A stretch of DNA of 64,000 bases, taken from NCBI GenBank assembly GCA_010093605.1, contig MU004183.1:1674001-1738000 (forward strand), in the 5' to 3' direction. The DNA is from Lophium mytilinum. Lineage: Eukaryota. The notes under the pieces were generated by a model. It did no database searches. It saw only the letters and a program-made list of their open reading frames with translations, and was not told the DNA's origin. Each line of letters opens with the position of its first letter. Positions within the stretch are counted from its first letter, which is position 1. Shown piece after piece: positions 38,233 to 50,564 of the stretch. Position numbers and translations under genes: made by a program.

Positions 38233-38614
38233 GACGAAGCGACAAGCATCAATCAGGGGAAATGGTCAGTCGTTGCTCATGCTGTGTTGTTGGAAGTGCG
38301 ATTATGATTCTAGAGCTAGCCAGCCATGACGCGCACCACGCACGACCCTAGTGCAGATTATCTTAGCGTCGAAGCACCAGTGCACGTGATCTCTAATCTG
38401 TCTTCTCTATCTCTACTTCGCCAGTCTCTATCAGAGGAACGTTTCAGGTTTCAAGATTGCTTTTTCCGGAGGAGATATGATAAGATTGTGCGCGATGCAA
38501 AATCTAGGCTGATTAAAAGCTATGTCAAAACAAAGAGGGTATTATCTAGCCCAAGACGTAACCCAGTCCTGCTCTGACAGAGGAGACAGCCGATGGCCCG
38601 TTCCAGGCGTCACT

Positions 38615-40713
38615 TTAGACCTGCTTATCGCCCTTTTCCCCAACTTCGGAATAGGCAGCATCCACTGACCCCTTCCCACGAGAATACAAACGAAGGTTAC
38701 TAGGGTCATACTCTGGTGTTCCTTCAACCTCACCAGCCAGTTGTTCCAGAGTCTTACGCTTCGTCTCGGGTATCAGGAAAGTGGTGAAGATGCCCGCAAA
38801 CATGAAGGCAGCGTATATCTGCATGACATGGTTGAGCCACGGCGACGCGTTGTCCTTGGTCGCACCACGCGTTCGGAGAGGTCCAATCAGCACTTGCGCA
38901 ATGATAGATCCAACCTTTCCAGATGCTGCAGAGATGCCGTGAGAGCTGCTGCGGTAGCGTGTTGGAAAGCATTCGCCAGGCACGATGAAGGTTGTAGAGT
39001 TAGGACCTAGGTGATGTCAGATACGGCTATTCGTTACAGTGACTCGTTTGACTTACCGAAGTTGAAGAAGAATTGTGCAAGCACATACAAGGCAAGCAGG
39101 GCTTTGCCACTGAGAGAGTGATACGCAAAGCCAATAACGCAGAAAATGATGGTTAGGATGCCGAATCCCATGAGTTGGATGGGCTTACGACCAATGGTAT
39201 CAACAGTAGCAACAGTTACCCAATAGCCGGGGATCGCACCAGCGCAGGTGATGATCAAGTTGCCAACTGCTTGGTTGTAGAAGATCTCATACACATCGTT
39301 TCCTTTAGCATACTAAGGAATTCGGTCAGTGAACGTCTTCGGAGAATTACCATAACCACTTACTCCTATCTGTGTGAGAATGATTGAGTTATTAAGGCCT
39401 AGGCCGTAAAACGCAACGTCAAGCACTGGAGACGAGTTAGTGGCTACTCAGGGGAGAGAATATATGGGACACTGACAGAACCATGAGCCAGCCGTCCCAA
39501 GAAGGACCTTGCCGTACTTCCACTGAGAGTAGTGAGAGATGAAGTCCCTCCATGATGCTTGAGGAATCTCGAGTTGGTCGGCATCCTCCTGCTTCGCGCG
39601 CACGCGTGTAATCTCGTCGGGTGTGCCTTCAGGCTTTCCCGAGACGTAGGCCTTGATATCTGAGCCTCCCTTCATGATATCGCGGGACACGTCGAAGGTG
39701 TATCGAGGAGTTTCGGGGATCGTAAGTCGATAGTAGAGAGCTACACATCCAGGAACGGCACCAAATCCTACAACCACACGCCACATCTTGTCAACAGCAA
39801 GGCCGCATACACCATCGCAGTCGGCGACTGTCTTTGCGGTAATCAAGGAATCCTTGAAGCCAGAAGTGACAACAAGGGCGACCATAGCGGCGGCAAACTG
39901 GCCAATACCCTGCATAGCGAAGACCGATCCCATCATAGCGCCGCGCCATTTGGTGGTAGCAAACTCGGAGGTGATAATGCTTGACAGGGGGTAGTCACCG
40001 CCAATACCTACAGTACATTAGCAGACAGTTTGACATAAGGTAGAGTTCGCAGAGACTCACCAATTCCCATGAGCACACGCCAGAAAACAATGACGCCAAC
40101 GATAGAGCAGCCCGGAGAATGCGCAGAGAGAGCTTGAGCAAGCGTGGCGAAGATGATTAAGATAAGCTCGAGGCCATACATGCGCTTACGACCGACTATG
40201 TCTGCGAGGATACCGAATCCGACCTGCCCGACTACGGTGCCAGAGCTAGTTGAGACCTTGATGGCAGTGTCGGCGTTCGAGGGGATCTTTCCAGGATTGT
40301 GCTTTGCGTTCTGCCAGAAGACCACACCAAGCATACTAGTCACCATGTTGACTGCGAAGAGATCATAGGCCTACTAGGTCAGCTCGAGAAATCCAGGGTC
40401 GAGGGATCATCGCACATCTGTAAAGAACCCGATTCCAGCGACTACGATAGCGCGTATATGGTACCAACCGAATGGTGCCTTGTCGATCTCTGCGAGCGCA
40501 AGGCGTCTCCGTTCATTGGGGTCCGCGATGTGCGCCTGGAAATGATATTAGTACGCTTTGGAGCCAGCCAATGCCCTGTCAGGAGCTCCTCTTACATAGT
40601 CATTATGAAAATTGTGAAATGCCGCATTGCCTCCGGCAGTCCTGGTTATTGTTAAAACTGTCGGGTATCAGGCTGAAGGGTAAGAAGTCTTACTTGTGCA
40701 CGATTTGTGACAT
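38615..40713 (-). CDS. PHO84: High-affinity inorganic phosphate:H+ symporter (MFS)
   Basis: Spliced motifs [97 protein letters not shown] and IPETKRKTLE. Many short introns. Confidence 0.95.
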
Positions 40714-41267
40714 GGCGTCGAAGTGACGATGCCCTCAGGGATATGAGGAAGCTGAGAGGCACGTCAGACAGGGCGAAGGGTACGAGCTCGGGGAAAGAAG
40801 TGAAGGAGCGAGACACGGGAGAGTTATATCAGGAAGATAGGAACGCGTGAAGATGTATGGAGGGTGCTGCACGGTCTGATCGGCTCAGCCCGCCTGCAAG
40901 GAGGGTCTCGCTCGCTCCACCTGGCGGGCAGGTCCCGAGCCTGCAGGAGCCGTGGCGTCAAGCCCAATCACAATCCTGCTAGACGGCACGACGCTGTGAA
41001 AATGCATCAGTGAATGAAGGCGCAGACCCCGTTTCGAAGCCTGCGCCTTTCGCCATGCAGCCCGAGGGCCCCAGCGACCAGCCCGCCGCTTGCAGCTCGA
41101 GCACCGGTCCAGCAAGGCGGACAAGCTTGCCCCATACAGGGTTCCTGCGCCTCGGGCTGGTGTTCAAATATTCGAGAACGGTCGGTAGACATATGCCTAC
41201 CGTGATCGGGGGAGGGTGAATGTCAAATATATGGTTGAGGGCAGCCAATTAGATGTCGCGAATCATG

Positions 41268-42476
41268 CACGTTGTCAAAGGCGCCGTTTAAGGGGTCGAC
41301 TAAAACCCTTGCCGATTCCCGGGAAACGTGCCCCTGCTACCCGTGGCGGCGTGGGGGTATTGCGTATGGAAAGGTCAACAACAGGGTCTGACGAGCATCG
41401 TATCAAGCAGACCATGCCTACATCACTTCTAAAACGCCAAGCACATGTTATGCTGCCTCTACTACGAGATAGCAGGCCACTGAAGGTATCGCGCCGTACA
41501 CAGCAGCTCAGAAGCTTCGAGTAGTGTCTTGTTCCAAGACTCGGGTCGGCGATTGGGAGAAGCCTCTTGGAAGGACTCGAAGAACGTTTTGCGTGCGTTG
41601 CTGAGTGGAGCCTGTGGCGTTCAGTGACACCACAATTCCCAAGCACGACAAGGCGCGAATGAGCTCCCTGGTAGTCTTGGTTGACCAGCTCGAAGAGGAC
41701 GTGAAGCACCCCACTATCACCACTCGCTCTTCTCTAGCCGCCTCGTCCTTCTCTTCATGGTAACGAGGTGATACAAAGGCCGCACCATGTCTCCAGCAGA
41801 GAGAACCATAGGTGGTATAATCACCGAGTCTAGAATGCCGTGTCATTCGCCAATTTCCTACCTATCTTTGAGGTTTTGTTTTCTAGTCATCCTGGTTTCT
41901 GCTGATTCGCCTCCAGGATTTTTGTTTCAGGATAAATAAAGTGCATCGTCAAAAGTCTAGGCACAGTTGCTTGGCTGTTAGATGAGTAGAAGCTGTCAGC
42001 TTCAAATTCGGTGAAGACAATGAATATGAGAAGTTTGCTGCTGGGCGGCACATCCTATTTGATTGCAAAAGGAGGTGGGCGAGTTGATAAGGACAGACTG
42101 CTACATTTTGGCGGGTGAATTCTGTCACCTCCGGAGGTGTCCCAGTACGTGAAATGGTCGCGCAAAAGCAATGGTGTAGGTGATTCGATTCGCGAGCGCA
42201 GGATCCTAAACAATGATATCAATCTCTTTCGTTTCTAGATGCCCTCTCTACTAAAGAACATAAGATCCAGTGACTTGTTGTGTTCATAGTAATCGCTTAA
42301 GAGCCTCTTCTGACATGACCAAGCCTGCAGAGTGGCAGCCAACTTTAGGGCTTTTTGTAGTGGAAAATGATAGAGAAGCGACAACCCCGCATGTCTTCCT
42401 GCCCAAAGTTCTTACTTGTCACGAAGCATGAACACTTGACTTTTGGCTGGATGTGATTTTGTTGTCGCATCACGTG
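41268..42476. promoter_or_regulatory. Candidate Pho4/NUC-1/PalcA bHLH binding sites upstream of PHO84
   Basis: CACGTT at 41268-41273, AACGTG at 41325-41330 and CACGTG at 42471-42476. These hexamers also occur by chance. Confidence 0.45.
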
Positions 42477-43280
42477 ACAGTGCAAAAATTACCCGTATTG
42501 GAAGAAGCTGAGAACGGGCGATCAACTTGAACTAAACTTCAACCCTATACCTCACCTCCTATCCATAATAATATATTCAACCTCGAGGCCAAACAATGTC
42601 GTTGTTCAATAACGATTAACAGTTTTAGTGATAGCCCGACGAGAAAACAAGTTGCTGACAAGAACTCAAGACCCATGGCGGCCAAGATTTCCGCAAGTAT
42701 AGAAAATGATATCGAAGCACTCTGCACTGCGTGGCTCATAGGGCTGCGGCTGCAATATTTTCCGTATCACTGCTCAAAAATTCTTTGTTGTTTGTTGTTC
42801 GATTGGAGTCCGTCAGCAGTCAGAGTCGAGATAAGAGCTACATTCGGCCTTGCGTACCACGGTTCAGTCTTGTTATTGGCGCCTAGAAGCCCAAGGCCAC
42901 AACAACATCCCCACCTTTCTTAGTCAGCCAAAACCTCCCACCTCCCGTAAGTAAAAGTGTCCTCAGCCTCCTTTTCTCTTCTTCGGCGGCCTCGTCCGCA
43001 CCGCGGACGGGGTCGCCACCCGCCTCTACGCCGTAAGTTTACCATATTCTACTTCTTCTTCATCTCCAAAAAAACTCTCACTACTTTCCCTGCCCTCTGC
43101 ACCCTTTTCCTATCCAAAGCACTCGCTCGCACACACGCAAACTTCAATGTAAGTAACACCTCGTAGGTGTCCTAGTCTTCTTCCCTACGACCTATGCCCG
43201 CACTCTCCCTCCGCTTCTTTCCCTACGACCTATATCCGACCTCTCTCTTATTATTATTACTCCCCCGCCCTCTTCCCTAC

Positions 43281-43453
43281 GACCTAGACCCGATTTCTCT
43301 CCATACGCCCACGCTCGCTTTGAAGGTAAGTATANNNNNNNNNNNNNNNNNNNNNNNNNNNNNNNNNNNNNNNNNNNNNNNNNNNNNNNNNNNNNNNNNG
43401 ACCTAGACCCGATTTCTCTCCATACGCCCACGCTCGCTTTGAAGGTAAGTATA
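43281..43453. other. Assembly gap (N, 43335-43399) flanked by an identical 54-bp direct repeat
   Basis: GACCTAGACCCGATTTCTCTCCATACGCCCACGCTCGCTTTGAAGGTAAGTATA occurs at 43281-43334 and 43400-43453. The short motif CCCTACGACCTA recurs three times upstream. Confidence 0.9.
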
Positions 43454-44603
43454 CCCCCCCGTTCGCTAATTAGATAGTTGCACGGTCTTTTCTTTTTTCT
43501 CTTCCCGCCGTTCGTTTTCTAGATAGCTGCACGCTCTTTCGGCGGACATAAATACACTCTTTACCCCAAAATCGCTCCTCCACACTCGCTTCTTAGACGG
43601 TCACGTTCGTTCAAGGTTTGTTTCAAGGTTTGAGATACTTTCTTTGATTTTTCTCTACTCTTCGTTCGTTCCCCTACGCTCCTTTGCTATAGCTTCACGT
43701 TCGTTACCCCACGCTGGCTCAGCAAGCGCCAACATTCCTTACCCCACCCTCGTTCACTCTCTCTCTCTCGAAGTCACCCACGTTCTTTACCCCACGATCG
43801 CTATCTACGCTCGTTCTGCAAGTTGCCAACGCTCGCTACGCGGCAGTCTTTTCAAGGTATCGTTTTACACACATTCTTTTAAACAGGCTACTCTCGTTTT
43901 AGTTCTCGCGTTTGGCATGTACGCAAATGCTGGTAAGTTCAATTTTCCTCTTCTCACAAAAGAGCTCATACTCAAGTATGCAGTTCGTGATGAAGCTGGT
44001 CTTGCGAACTCGCAAAAATCCAGTGCGGGCTCTAGGATGGGAGACCCTACTATTGGCTTGATCACGGTCTTTACCACAGGTTTGCGGAGTTTACCGCTGT
44101 ACAGTCCTTTTCTTTCTCTACCCCCACACTCCTTTCCTTCACGCTCCCTCAATCCTGCCCACACTCCTTTTCTTTGCCCTCTACACTCGCTCAAAAGACA
44201 CTCCCCACGCTCGTTCGACAAGCCACATGTAGGTGATTGGTTGGTACGGGTGCAGGTGTCAGCAATGCCCTGCTGCTTGTCCGTGCGAGGAGGGAGGCTC
44301 TGGTTCCACCAGAGATGAACTCCGAGTGTAACGACTGCGAAACCTTTGTCCCATGCCCTAGGAACAGTCTGCTTCCCAGACCTCCCGCGAGGTCCCCGGG
44401 CCCCGTCTAGGCCGGGTGAGTAAAAATCTGGGCGGTGTGTAGATTCAGCCCCCCATTTCAGCTACCGATTACACCAGCCTACGGGTTTGGTTTTTGATAG
44501 CAGACTTCGAGCTTTTCAGGTAGAGCAACTTTTGCATACCTAGTACGTTTTTCCCCATTTTCTTTATTCCCGACACACATCAATCTCTTTTCTCCGTTCG
44601 AGT

Positions 44604-45493
44604 ATGCCGGCCACCAATCCCTTTGCGAAGGTGGTTGGGTGGTGGAGGCAGAGGCAAGAGAAGGCGAGGTTGGTGCAGTGGGCCTTGGAGGAGAAGGCCG
44701 CGGCTGCGAAGACCGAGGAGGTGGCGGAGTGGAGGAGGTGGGTGGACGCTAACCCGGATCGTTGGCTGAGCCTGCGGTGGGACACCGTCTCTCGAGCAGC
44801 GCTTGCGCGGCTCGACAGTGTGGGTAGGTTCGGGGATACCCGGCCGGTCTCGGATTCGGTAAGGCGTCGGGAGGAGACCCAGCGAGAGCGGGAAGAGCTC
44901 GCGCAGCGGTACGCGGACATGGTGAGGAGGGAGGAGGAGCAGACGGCGGAGCGCGCCAGGAGGGCGGCCGAGCTGGAGGAGGCGGTGAGGAGGAGGGAGC
45001 AGGAGGAGGCCCTGCGAGCGGCGGACGAGGTCGCTTGGGAGTACCGGGAGCTGGTGAGGAGCGGGGAGGAGGCCCTCTTGAGGGAGCTCGAAGCGGATGA
45101 GCACAAGTAAGTTTTCCACCAATCTAACAACCATTGACAGTAGCTAATACAACTACAGGGTTACGATCAGTCCGCCTGGTGGCCTTGAGGTTACGATCAG
45201 TTCGCCTGGTGGCCTTGCTTGGGAGTACCGCGAGCTGGTGAGGATCAGCGAGGAGGCCCTTTTGGAGAGCCTCAGCGCGGATGAGCCAAAGTAAGTTCTC
45301 CACCAAATGAGCAACCATTGACAGTAACTGATGCATCTACAGGGTTACAATCAGTTCGCCTGGTGGCCTTTCAGGGAGGTTAGAATCGGTTCGCCCGGTC
45401 GCCTTTGACAAGGGCTCGAGGACAGCTCACGTGAGAGAGGTGAGTGAGAGAGGTGAGCTCCCGGTGCGAATGAGTGAGGATAGTGAGTGGTGA
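44604..45493 (+). CDS. Orphan charged coiled-coil protein with two paralogous 52-nt introns
   Basis: 168-codon E/R-rich ORF. Removing introns 45107-45158 and 45291-45342 (both GTAAGT..CTRAT..CTACAG) keeps the frame open, with a 132-nt middle exon, to TGA at 45491-45493. Confidence 0.55.
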
Positions 45494-45566
45494 GTGCGAG
45501 GTGCGTGACCCTTTTCCTTTTCCTGTTTTCCCTTGGTTCGTGTTTTTCCTTTTGTTTGTTTTTCCT

Positions 45567-45568
<2 letters not shown>

Positions 45569-45611
<43 letters not shown>

Positions 45612-45790
45612 GTTGAGCAGGTGAGTGTCCCGTTTCTTATCCCCGTTTTTTCTTTGGTTCGGATATCTGGGGCGAGGGGAGGGGCGAGGGGAGGAGCTGG
45701 GGGAGGAGCTGGGGGCGGAGTTGGGTGGCGGTGGGGATATAGGTGTGGCTATGTGGTTGGATATGGGTGCGGATATGGGGTTGGATATAT
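45569..45790. repeat. (GA)n microsatellite followed by G-rich short tandem repeats
   Basis: About 20 GA units at 45569-45611, then GGGGCGAGGGGGA, GGAGCTGGGG and GGATATGGG iterations. Confidence 0.85.
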
Positions 45791-46097
45791 AGCACAGGCA
45801 CTCTTTTTCCCCCTCCTTATGAGGGGTTTTTTTAACGAGGCTTGTTTCATTTACAAGACTCTGCTATGCTTAGTGTGATGTGAGTTGTAATTCTAACACA
45901 GCTCAAGGCAGTTGATCCTGTCTCTGTAACTCCCATAAGAGCCTCCACGGCCCCTTCCACGTGTCCTTTTGCCTATCATATTCTACACTACGTCCCCATT
46001 GCGTCCCCCTCCGCGTGCACAGTCCTGTGCCTTCTATTTCGGATATCACAGATTCAGTCCGTTCGCGCGTCGCATTGCGCTCGTGTTGGCGCCGTTT

Positions 46098-46445
46098 GAA
46101 GTCCTCGAACGGACTCATAGATCTTATGAACAATGTAATGTTTCTCGCGCCTCAAATCAGAAGACCCATAGATAAAGGCTTTTGACAGCACTCTAGCGCT
46201 GTATGAAGTCCTCCAACGAGCCGAAAAACATCGGGCACGATGTAATGTTTCTCGCGCTATATGCTAGGGTGCATGTAAAATTTCATTTTTGACAGCACGA
46301 CACCACTGCTTGAAGTCCGCTGACGGGCCTAAATGATCCTGAACATGATGTAAGATTTCATAGACTGTATGTTGGATTGCATGTGAATGTTAGGTTTTAA
46401 CAGCACGATAGCGCCGTGTGAAGACCTTCAACAGGCCCCAAAACC
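46098..46445. repeat. Degenerate tandem repeat, unit ~107 bp, about 3.2 copies
   Basis: GAAG(T/A)CC at 46098, 46205, 46312 and 46420. Recurring ATGTAA(TG/GA)TTTC and TTT(G/A)ACAGCAC blocks. Confidence 0.8.
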
Positions 46446-46858
46446 CCCGGTTAGCGAGTGTAGAGCGATTTTGTCGCGTAGCTCAGCTACTTATCATTTG
46501 ATCGCGAAGCTTTTGAGTTTCTTCGTCCTCCTGTCAAGCCTTTCTAGAACTATTCTTTCAGCTAACGGGGAACTAGCGCTTCTTGATTTGGCTGGCTACG
46601 GCTTTACAGTCGCGCATGTTTGCTGCTAGTTTCTCTTCTGCTGCATTCCCTGGGCTGCGGCTGAGATCCAAGTTCCATGAAGCGACCGGGATCCGCACGA
46701 CATGTTGCTGTGCCGCAATGCACAGCTCCCCGCTGTGTCTGCCTAGCTCGGTCTCCATTGTGACTTCAAAATCTCGTCGTTTTTCCACCGAGCAACTCTT
46801 CTGCTGAGACTAATTTCTATCATTCATACTCTTGCCTACTATTGGCAAACTCTTACCT

Positions 46859-49777
46859 ATGGCAGACGCCCTAGCCGTCATTAGTGTTGTAGCGAGTATC
46901 GTCCAGCTCGTCGACTTTGGCAACAGAGTTTTGCTTCGCCTCAACGAGTTCCACACCAGTGCGGGCGAAGTTCCAAAAACATTTCAGCATATCAAAGCAG
47001 AATTGCCAGTGCTACTGGACACCCTTGAACAGACCAAAACTGGCATTCAGTCCGGCTCTGTAAGGGATGAAACTAAGAAGGCTCTTCTTCCCGCTATCAA
47101 TGGGTGTCGAGCGCAGATAGAATTACTTGATACTGTTATTGGGAAGATATTGCCACTGTCAAGTGACTCTTGGAGAGAGAAAAGCAGAAAAGCGGTTTCG
47201 AGTCTTCGCCAGGACGCGAAAGTTAGGAAGATAAGAAGCGATCTGCAGGGTTATATTCAGACTTTGACATTCTACCATGCCGCTGCCTCATCGGCGGTAC
47301 GACCTTTAATACGTAAGTCTAGAAATTGAAACATGCGATAGGGATAGGAAGTAGGTACGAGCCCTAATGCTCCTCAATTAGAAAATCCGTCATCTCCGTC
47401 CTCAACAGTCCCTTTTCGACGTGATCGAGACTTTGTGGATCGTGATATCCTCTCCGAGATACATCAGAAATGTTCCCAGCCAGCATCTCGAGTGGCACTA
47501 GTAGGGCTTGGAGGCGTAGGGTACGTTTCAAACTAGAAGAGCCTGAGGAGAGACCGAATTGACCATGCGAGTAGGAAGTCTCAACTTGCTATCGAGTACT
47601 CCTACCAAGTGCAAGAGAAATCACCGGATACCTGGGTCTTTTGGGTCCACGCAAGTAGTGGTGCCAGATTCGAAGAAGGCTATAGGAAAGTCGCTGAAAG
47701 AGTAAAGATCCCCGGCCGCGAAAAGCCAGAAGCCGATATACTACACCTCGTTAGCGACTGGCTTTGCGATGTAGCAAATGGCCATTGGGTCATGATAGTC
47801 GACAATGCCGACGACCCTAACGTATTTTACTATCAAGGTGATGGAAATGCGGATAAGGGCGGGAGTGGCGGGAGTGGCAGTTCAGCACCACAAACAAAGT
47901 CTATATCCGACTTTCTTCCTCAATCGCCTAATGGATCCACTCTCATCACTTCCCGGAACCGAGAACTAGCTTTCAAACTGACGGAAACTGCTTCGGACAT
48001 TATACAGGTCGACCCAATGGACCAAGATCATGCTCTGGCCCTTCTTCAAAAGAAACTCGGTAGTAGTTGCAATGGGGACGATGCGGTAAAGCTTCTAGAG
48101 ATGCTCGACTTTATGCCCCTTGCTATCACCCAGGCAGCTGCATATATCAACCAAAGGGCACCACGTATTACAGTCTCTAGGTATCTAGAAGATCTGAGCA
48201 GGGGTGACGAGGAAGGAGTAAGTCTACTAAAGAAGGATGTCGGAGACTCCCGCAGAGATGGTAGCTCATCAAACTCTATTATAGCCACTTGGCAGATGTC
48301 ATTCGAGCATATCCGCCAAATAAAACCTTCGGCTGCTAGGCTGCTGTCGCTCATGAGTCTCTTCGACCGGCAAGGCATCTCCGAATCACTGCTTGATCAC
48401 CACTACCAGGAAGGTGATGTCAAGGACGACTTCGAAGAAGATATACACACCTTGAGAAGTTATTCGTTAATCGGAACGAATATCGATGGCAACGTGTTTG
48501 AGATGCATCGGCTGGTCCAGTTCGCAACAAAGGCCTGGCTGGAGATGAACGACGAGCTAGAAAAGTGGAAGGAGCAGTATATTGAGGTGCTATATGAGGC
48601 TTTCCCGGTAGGGCGATACGAGAATTGGAAAACGTGTCTGGATTTGTTCCCACACGCCGAGAGTGTCCTTAGATATCGACCGACAAACGAGACCCGCCTA
48701 AACCAGTGGTGTTCGATCCTATTCAATGCTGCATGGTACGCTGATGACAGAGGAAATTACAAGTCCGCAGAGGAGATGAACCAGCGAGCGCTGAAAGGGC
48801 TCAAGAAAACGATAGGGTCAGAACATCCCTCTACGCTAGCCTGCATGGAAAATCTAGCGTTAGCGTACAGGAAGCAGGGGAGGTGGAAGAAAGCCGAAAA
48901 GCTAGAGGTGCAAGTGATGGAGATAAGCATTAGGGTGCTTGGGGAGGAAGACCCTTCCACGCTAACTAGCATCGCCAATCTTGCGTCAACATATTGGGAG
49001 CAAGGGCGGTGGAAGGAGGCCGCAGAGCTACAAGCAAAAGAGTTGCAGATATGCTCGAGGGTGCTTGGAGAGGAGCATCCTTCTACGCTAACTAGCATGG
49101 CCAATCTATCGTTAACCCTTTGGAATCAAGGGCGGCGGAAAGAGGCTGCAGAGCTACAAGCGAAAGAGTTTCAAATTTGCTCGAGAGTGCTCGGAGAGGA
49201 TCATCCTCTTACACTAACTAGCATGGCCAACCTTGCGTCAACATATTGGGATCAAGGGCGGTGGACAGAGGCTGAAGAGCTGCAAACAAAAGAGTTGCAG
49301 ATTTGCTCGAGGGTGCTTGGGGAAGATCATCCTTCCACGCTGACCAGCATGGCAAACTTTGCATCAACACTTTGGAGTCGAGGACGGTGGAAGGAGGCTG
49401 AAGAGCTGCAAGAAAAGGAGTTGCGAATTTGTTCAAGGGTGCTTGGGCAAGATCATCCTTCCACATTGATTAGCATGGCCAACCTAGCATCAACGTACAG
49501 GAAGCAAAAGCGATTACAAGAAGCCGAAGACCTACAGAAACAAGAGTTGGAGATGTGTTCTAGATTATTGGGCCAAGAGCACCCGGACACGCTGAAAAGC
49601 ATGCAAAATCTTGCTTACATTTTCAAAGACGAAGACCGTCATGATGAGGCTATAGGGTTGATGGATACATGTGTCCAGTTACGGAAGAAAGTATTAGGAG
49701 TAGAGCACCCGCATACAGTTTCTTCTCTTGAATTGCTGGACGAATGGCGCGTGGAGCAGACGTCTCCTAGATCGTAG
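46859..49777 (+). CDS. Fungal NLR-like STAND protein: SesA/HeLo-like N-terminal domain, NB-ARC, TPR repeats
   Basis: N-terminus MADALAVISVVASIVQLVDFG. Introns 47313-47381 and 47521-47574 reconstitute VPFRRDRDFVDR and the P-loop GLGGVGKSQLA. Walker B WVMIVDNADD, LITSR, LPLA-like MPLAITQAA and MHRLVQ follow, then about 7 LGEEHPSTLTSMANLA repeats. Confidence 0.92.
48805..49720 (+). repeat. 126-bp (42-aa) TPR tandem repeats with high internal similarity
   Basis: Repeated RVLGE(E/D)HPSTLTSMANLASTYW.QGRWKEA.ELQ.KELQICS units with near-identical DNA in the central copies. Confidence 0.9.
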
Positions 49778-50564
49778 ATTGACATTGTAACCTATGAACT
49801 ACATCAACTTATCTAGAGATAAGAATCGCACCGTTGAGAAGCGATCTATTCATATCGCGTCTGCGGGCAGAGCTCTGATTGCGGCAGCACCTGAAAGTAT
49901 GTCGGTCAGCCTTCTCACTTTAACATCTTGTTGTATTTCTTTACACTATATGTTCTCGCAACCAACATCCACAGCATGACTTCCGCAGTGATATCAAGTA
50001 AGCGGTTGAACTAGTGGGACTTCTTTCAGATCCCACTCGACGCCGGAAGAGTGACCTACTCTCGAAGTGACGCGTGCCTCACCGTGGACCACTACCGTGA
50101 CAACCGACAAGTCTGAGCACGCCGCACACTGGTACGCCACTGCTTGAAGTCCCCCGCATGGTTTCGAGGACTCAAGGGCGATGTCAAGCTTCAAACAGTG
50201 CAGATTAGACTGCCTCTTGACTAATTGCCTGCTCAGCAGCCAGGCTACCCCCAACAGTGGTGCCAGTGAGCAAATTGGAGATGAACGGGATTCAGTTTGT
50301 GTGCCCAGACTTATGGCCTAGTACTGTATACCAGGAAACATCGGACGATTGCATCGGCTAGTGGAAAGACTCATCATCAAGCGGACCTTTCAAGGCTTTA
50401 AAATAATCGTGATGACAGTTACGAACGGCTCAGAGGGTAGTTTCAGCAGAACAATGAGATGTAATTCAGACTCGACTAAAGACCTAGGTATCCGCATCCC
50501 AAAACCAACCTTCCAGCCCCGTATTTGAAACCAAAAGCCCAAACGGTGAACTGCAGTCCCACAC

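Noticed and set aside
43322..43453. ATACTTACCTT on the minus strand, resembling the U1 snRNA 5' end
   Set aside because: No U1-70K loop, U1A loop or Sm site follows. It is simply the complement of a consensus donor AAGGTAAGTAT.
43281..43453. 54-bp direct repeat read as a biological duplication or CRISPR-like unit
   Set aside because: It flanks an N gap exactly and is most simply an unmerged contig overlap. There are no spacers or cas genes, and the genome is eukaryotic.
44564..45134. Two minus-strand ORFs of 184-188 aa
   Set aside because: They are antisense shadows of the purine-rich + strand ORF, and the splice signals support the + strand.
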